A stretch of DNA of 64,000 nt, from positions 69,750,001 to 69,814,000 of the forward strand of contig OX597833.1 of assembly GCA_951406725.2 (NCBI GenBank), in the 5' to 3' direction. Made by a program: the position numbers and the translations under genes. The notes under the pieces were generated by a model. It ran no database searches. It was not told where the DNA came from and was given only the letters and a program-made list of their open reading frames with translations. Origin of the DNA: Octopus vulgaris (Eukaryota). Of the stretch, positions 58,558 to 64,000 are shown piece by piece (position 1 is the stretch's first letter; every line of letters begins with the position of its first letter).

Positions 58558-58710
58558 TTGATAACTTCGTTTCGGTTTTGGGCGATGCCATTTCCTGTGG
58601 TCTTGAGTGTTGAGTAAAGACCGAAAGACCATGGTTGATCGCTGGGATAACGTTACTTGACAGGGTTTGTAGCTCGGAGGTCTGGGATTCGCTACACATC
58701 GATCCGCCAT
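58558..58710 (-). CDS. Candidate first coding exon
   Basis: Acceptor cttgtag at 58799, gtgATGG start, MADRCVANPRPPSYKPCQVTLSQRSTMVFRSLLNTQDHRKWHRPKPKRSYQ, CAA|GTTAAC donor; GC-richer, non-repetitive island. Confidence 0.4.
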
Positions 58711-58896
58711 CACCGCATTGAAAGGTCACAGTTAGATCCGTTACTACGGATGAGAATTGCAAGATGGATTCTATAAGCGAAACAGTGCGGCAGGAAACCT
58801 ACAAGTAGGTCAAAATACTTGAAGAATATTCATAGAATGAATTTGCCACGCTTGAGAATCCAACTGGAATAGTGGGTGGAGAAGCAGAATGGAAAG

Positions 58897-58943
<47 letters not shown>

Positions 58944-59183
58944 TATTATTGTTATTGCTGCTACTGCTATTGTTGTTGTTGTTCTTCTTCTTCTTCTTCG
59001 TCTTCTTCTTCTTCTTCTTCTTCTTCTTGTGATTGTTGTTCTTGTTATTAGTGTATTCGTAGGCCTTTGTTGTTGTTGTTGTTGTTGTGTGTGTGTTAAA
59101 TATAAAATTTTAAATCAAATTTTTGAATGAATAGTTGAATTGTTTCCGCAAAATAAAATCTAAAACAAATCATTAATAATAAC

Positions 59184-59278
<95 letters not shown>

Positions 59279-59849
59279 TGATGATAATAATAATAATAAT
59301 AAAAACGGTAATGGAACAAAGCAATATTGAAATCAAAGCTAAAAGTAATGGTAAAAGTCGACCCAAAACATTTTACATTTTAATACGATAGAATTTCTGA
59401 AAACATATGTTATAGATTAAATACAAACACATATTGGAAACGAATTATAGAGATATGATTAACTAACTCGCATAAAATTCTATATGGGATTTCATGAATA
59501 AAGTCTATAGACAAACGCATTGTGCATTAATAATGGTGCACGCAACGCAATCGATAGCATAAATCAATTTAGTATATTTGATTGGCAGCAAAACAATAAA
59601 ATTATTTGAATAGTAAACAAATTTGTTAACAGTGAATAGAACTTTATATATATATATATATATATATATAAATACATATATATGTATATATATATATTTA
59701 TATATGTATATATTTACATATTTACTTATATAAATGAGTGTATGTTTACGTATCAAACTATAAATAATAATATCTTATAAACTAGAGATATATCAATAAA
59801 TTGCTTCATATCCATTCGGTGTTCATTTAAACTCTGTATTTTAAGAAAG

Positions 59850-60310
59850 TTTCCTTCTTTTCTTCGTCTTCTCCTCCTCCTCCTCCTCCTTCCTCTCCTC
59901 CTTCCTCGTTTTCATCATCATCTCATCTTCATCTTCATCTTCTCATCATTCGCTTCTTCTTCTTTTCGCCTCTTATGCCTCCTCCCTCTCTCCTCCTTAT
60001 TCCAATACTCCTTCTTTTCCTAGTTATTTCCTTCTTTCTACTCCTTCCTCCTTTTTCTTTCCTCTTCGTCTTTTTCTCCTCCTCCTCCTCCTCCTCCTCC
60101 TCCTACGTTATCATCATTTCATCTTCATCTCATCATTCTCTCTTTCCTCTTTTCACTTCTTCTGCCTCGCCTCTTTTTCCTTATTCCTTTACTTCTTCAT
60201 TTTCTAATTATTTCCTTCTCTCTACTCCTCCCTTCTTCTTCCTCTTTCTTCATTTTATTCTTCTTCTCCTTCCCCTCCTCCTTCTCCTCTTCCTCTTCCC
60301 ATTACTCTTT
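59850..60310. repeat. Degenerate (CCT/CTT)n polypyrimidine tract
   Basis: Direct inspection. Confidence 0.9.
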
Positions 60311-60681
60311 GCTCTTCACATTAATCTCTCCATTATACTGTTTGTATATCATATTATTCCCATTTGTGTCACCTAGGTCACCCTATCCCAAGCTCAATTT
60401 TGTTCAATTTCTGCGAAAACGACCACTGTCAACCCCTCACCCCCCTCCCGCCTTGCATAGAAAACAAATTGTTTCAATTCTGAGAGTAACAAACCCAAAT
60501 ACAGAAAAGGATCGGTTCCAAATCCGTTCTCTCTCCAGTCCAGAAAGATGAAGTCCAAACCTAATCTCTGTAGGTTTTTAGTACCCTGCCTTGTTTCTAC
60601 GATCAAGTGTACGACTCATATAGCGTGTCAAAGCAATCAATATGCTTAACTGTGTATAGAAAATTCAATTGTTAATCATGC

Positions 60682-60725
<44 letters not shown>

Positions 60726-60943
60726 GAGCATTGTTGATGTGAGAACTATTACTACTCATGTATTTTAATTTAACTTTATTCCTATAAAAAAAAAGAACCA
60801 ACTAGTGAGTTTAGTTTAATGGCCTACCAATGTATACTATGAGTTTCTTTGCCCTAAGTGTCGGGAAGACACTCGGCAAGAAATGGAAGCAAATTTGAAA
60901 GAAGAAAACCCATAAACAATAATAATAATAACAATAATAAAAA

Positions 60944-60974
<31 letters not shown>

Positions 60975-61831
60975 AAGAAGAAGAAGAAGAAGAAGAAGAA
61001 CAAGAACAAGAAGAAGAAGAAGAACAACAACAACAACAACAGCCACAATAATAATAATATTTAGAATGGTTTATGAAACAAGGTGATATAATACGTAATT
61101 TTATTTGCCCGCTATCATAACTCTATAAACTCTGAGTTGGATGACCTGGGAAGTCAGAATTAATATATTTAATATTTTTACTATTTTCAGCATTTTAGTG
61201 TAATCAAAAATTACTGAATTTTTTTCTATAAAAAATTGATTCAAAATCTCTTCAGGTGCAGCTTGAATCATACTTAATTGTACAGCTTCCATTTAAGAAA
61301 TGGTAAATTTCTAAGAATCTGAAACGAAATTCATTCTTGGAAAAGATTTATGTTAATTATATTAACATCACTGTGTCTACTTCGTTTCGATAATGAACAG
61401 ATTTTTACTAAATAATTGTATAAATTTGTAAAACTAATTGAATTTATTTCTCTAATAGGCGACGTGTACTCGGTGTGTATAATTTAGCAGATGCTATTAG
61501 AAATTTTTTTGCGATATCATGCGAATTAAGGTATCAGAGAATAGACTACGAAATTGTATTAGGATTATAAATGAGAATTAAAATGTAAAAAGAAGAAAAG
61601 AATTAACAAACAGCATTGTGTACCGAAAGTGTGTTTCTGGTGTGAAGATAATCAGTATTGAATTATAATGTGTGACTAAACATATCATTCTTATACATTT
61701 AAGCCAATATTTTCACATGAACAGAGCTATTCTTATTTCCCATGACTTACTTTTGTCACTATTTGTTCTTTGTTTCTTTTTTGTTTGTGTTTTTGGGGTT
61801 TGTTTGTTGTTGTTTTTTAATTAATCTTTGA

Positions 61832-62045
61832 ACGCGGTGAGTTGGCCAAATCATCAGAACGTCAGACAAAATGCTTACTGACAATTCATCCGTCTTTGCG
61901 TTGTGAGTTCAAATGCCACCGAGGTTGACTTTGCCTTTCATCCTTTCGGAGTCTATAGAACAAGTACCAGTTGCATACTGGGGGTTGGTAAAATCTACTA
62001 ACCCTCTCCTCCAAATTTTCAGGTCTTGTGCCTATAGTAGAAGGG
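61832..62045 (+). mobile_element. Degenerate family B SINE
   Basis: gagttcaaatgccaccgaggttgactttgcctttcatcctttcgg. Confidence 0.85.
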
Positions 62046-62421
62046 GTTACTTTTTAATCATTGGTAAGATTAAACTGTTTTGTAAGGTTCCCATTTTGCA
62101 GCTATGAGTACGATGTTTGTATCCCACTGTCTGGTATAAGGAGCCAACGCTCTGGCTTGAGCCATACCTTGGGGACAAACGGGTGCAGTTTTCTACTCCA
62201 TAGATACCCATCGGTGGAATGTACTGGGAAATGAAATGATACAGTTTTGTTACACACTATACCATGCTGTCTCTGCTGGAGGGCTTCAAGTTAAAGGCAA
62301 GTGCTCAGCAACTTACAGGATAGTATAAGGCAAGGAACATGTAGTTAAGTCACCCAAACACTTGAAACCCCATCGTCAAACGATGTGCATCGATCAGCAT
62401 GTGAGAGCCTATGTGTGTGTA

Positions 62422-62479
<58 letters not shown>

Positions 62480-62534
62480 GCTATCTATCTATCTATCTAT
62501 CGATATCTATGTGTATATGTATATATATATATAT

Positions 62535-62782
62535 ATAATATTTCGTTTTTGGATTTGGTTTGCAAGATTCTTTATGTGAGTTCGTGTGTTGAAGCATATT
62601 TTGTTGTGTCTGGGGAGAGTCATTTTCTTTTTGTGCCTTATAGTATAACACACTCATCGATAAAATTTCTAATTATTCTTTATTTTTATTATCCTAAAAT
62701 AAGGAATAAGTAGAAATTTTACGGGTGAGTGTGTTAAATTATAAGGGCACAAAAAGAAAATGACTCTCCCCCTGACACAACC
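62535..62782. mobile_element. Fold-back copy of the 37392-37970 Penelope-like family
   Basis: 62603-62686 is the imperfect reverse complement of 62696-62781; (TA)n on both sides. Confidence 0.8.
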
Positions 62783-62843
<61 letters not shown>

Positions 62844-62873
62844 TCAAAATAAAAACATGATGCCAAGGATGAA

Positions 62874-62951
62874 GCGGTACATATGTTTCGGGCCTTTATT
62901 AGACGGATTTATAACAATACATAATGTGTGTCTATGGCCTTCTTCAGCCGC
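62874..62951 (-). ncRNA. Minimal hammerhead motif, intact core, in a ~115-bp insert within (TA)n
   Basis: GCGG-CUGAAGA-AGGCC..GGCCC-GAAAC-AUAU-GUA-CCGC. Confidence 0.78.
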
Positions 62952-62952
62952 G

Positions 62953-63011
<59 letters not shown>

Positions 63012-63344
63012 AGTTGCACAACAGATATGAACTCACGGCTCTTGTCGTTGTTGGTTGAGTCCTGAACCACGTTTCCAGCTTTTTTGTCAAAATAGTTTCA
63101 AAGAATTGTTTAAAGATGAGGCATTGGTGTCGTGCAATCATTTGCAAATAAATGCGTTTGCTGTTTTTCTGAATGAAAAAAAAGAACAGAAAGCCGAAAC
63201 ATTTTCACTATATTGGTTCATCCAATTATCAATGTGGTGGTCATGTTTATGTTCATTAGAACGTAAAATTGGAAGTTTCATAAAACGATCGAAATCCCGA
63301 GTTTCATAATTAAAATGGCATTCATTCTGTTGTAGTTGATGTTG

Positions 63345-63377
<33 letters not shown>

Positions 63378-64000
63378 ACAGTAACGGTGCTAGTGTTGTT
63401 GAAGAAGTGTGACAGAAGCTGTGTGGCTGTTGTTTCTGAATGTGGTGGTGGTGATGATGGTGGTAATTGTGGCTGTTGTTGGTAGTGGTGATTGTGGACG
63501 TAATATTCTTGTTGGTTGTGGTGATGATGATTATGGTGGTAATGATAGAGACGGTGGTGGAGGTTATAGTAGTGGTGGTGGTGGTTCTTTTGTTAGTAAT
63601 GGTCCTAGCACAAGCCTTATTTAATCTTTCCATGAACAATAGAGTTCCATCGTCAATGCAGCGCCAAATACATTATTTCATATTCTCTTCCTTTGTTAAA
63701 AGGTTAGACTGCTGTGTTTTTGAGGAGATTCGTCTGCTGCTATTATTTCTATCAACTCAAGCGACCATATTGAAACACCAATTTTTTTTTTCTTTCATTT
63801 TCTCGTGGAAATATCGGTATTAATTGATAGCGCAACTCCGGGATATCATAAACAAGTTTTCACAATTTTTGTCATTTTTAGAGATCATTAAACAGTTCCA
63901 AAGTTTTATTTTCCAACTGACAAAATATTCCGTAACCTTTTATGCTGTAAACTAAATATGCAGAGGTAAATATTTGCGAGATAACGCAGGGTAAAACCTA

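Noticed and set aside
59850-60310. Long polypyrimidine tract with a hydrophobic ORF
   Set aside because: Decayed (CCT/CTT)n microsatellite; the ORF is a by-product
61240-61320. Strong minus-strand acceptor (tttcgtttcag) with a short reading frame
   Set aside because: Short frames closed by stops; could be a UTR exon but cannot be supported from sequence alone

Overview
AT-rich, microsatellite-saturated eukaryotic DNA. Its SINE repertoire (tRNA-headed CORE-like and Meta-like SINEs) and repeat texture point to an octopus/coleoid cephalopod genome (inference). Almost every entry in the ORF track is translated microsatellite. Real content: (1) more than 20 SINE copies of 3-4 families, including a nested insertion and a 187-bp SINE-derived tandem array; (2) LINE 3' fragments (RTE, CR1/L2-group, R4/Dong-like RLE) and decayed mariner, DD37D, Tc2/pogo-type and possibly piggyBac DNA transposons; (3) about a dozen short, often fold-back repeats embedded in (TA)n that carry minimal type-I hammerhead ribozyme motifs of the Penelope/retrozyme type. 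Five of these have intact cores, one has a G3-C8 swapped core, and one sits behind a tRNA-like Pol III head; (4) a candidate minus-strand multi-exon gene (exons near 58.6, 56.6, 21.1 and 20.8 kb) whose product resembles CNBD1-type cyclic-nucleotide-binding proteins, with most hammerheads lying in its putative introns. All calls were made by eye without database searches, and some stretches look like assembly errors.
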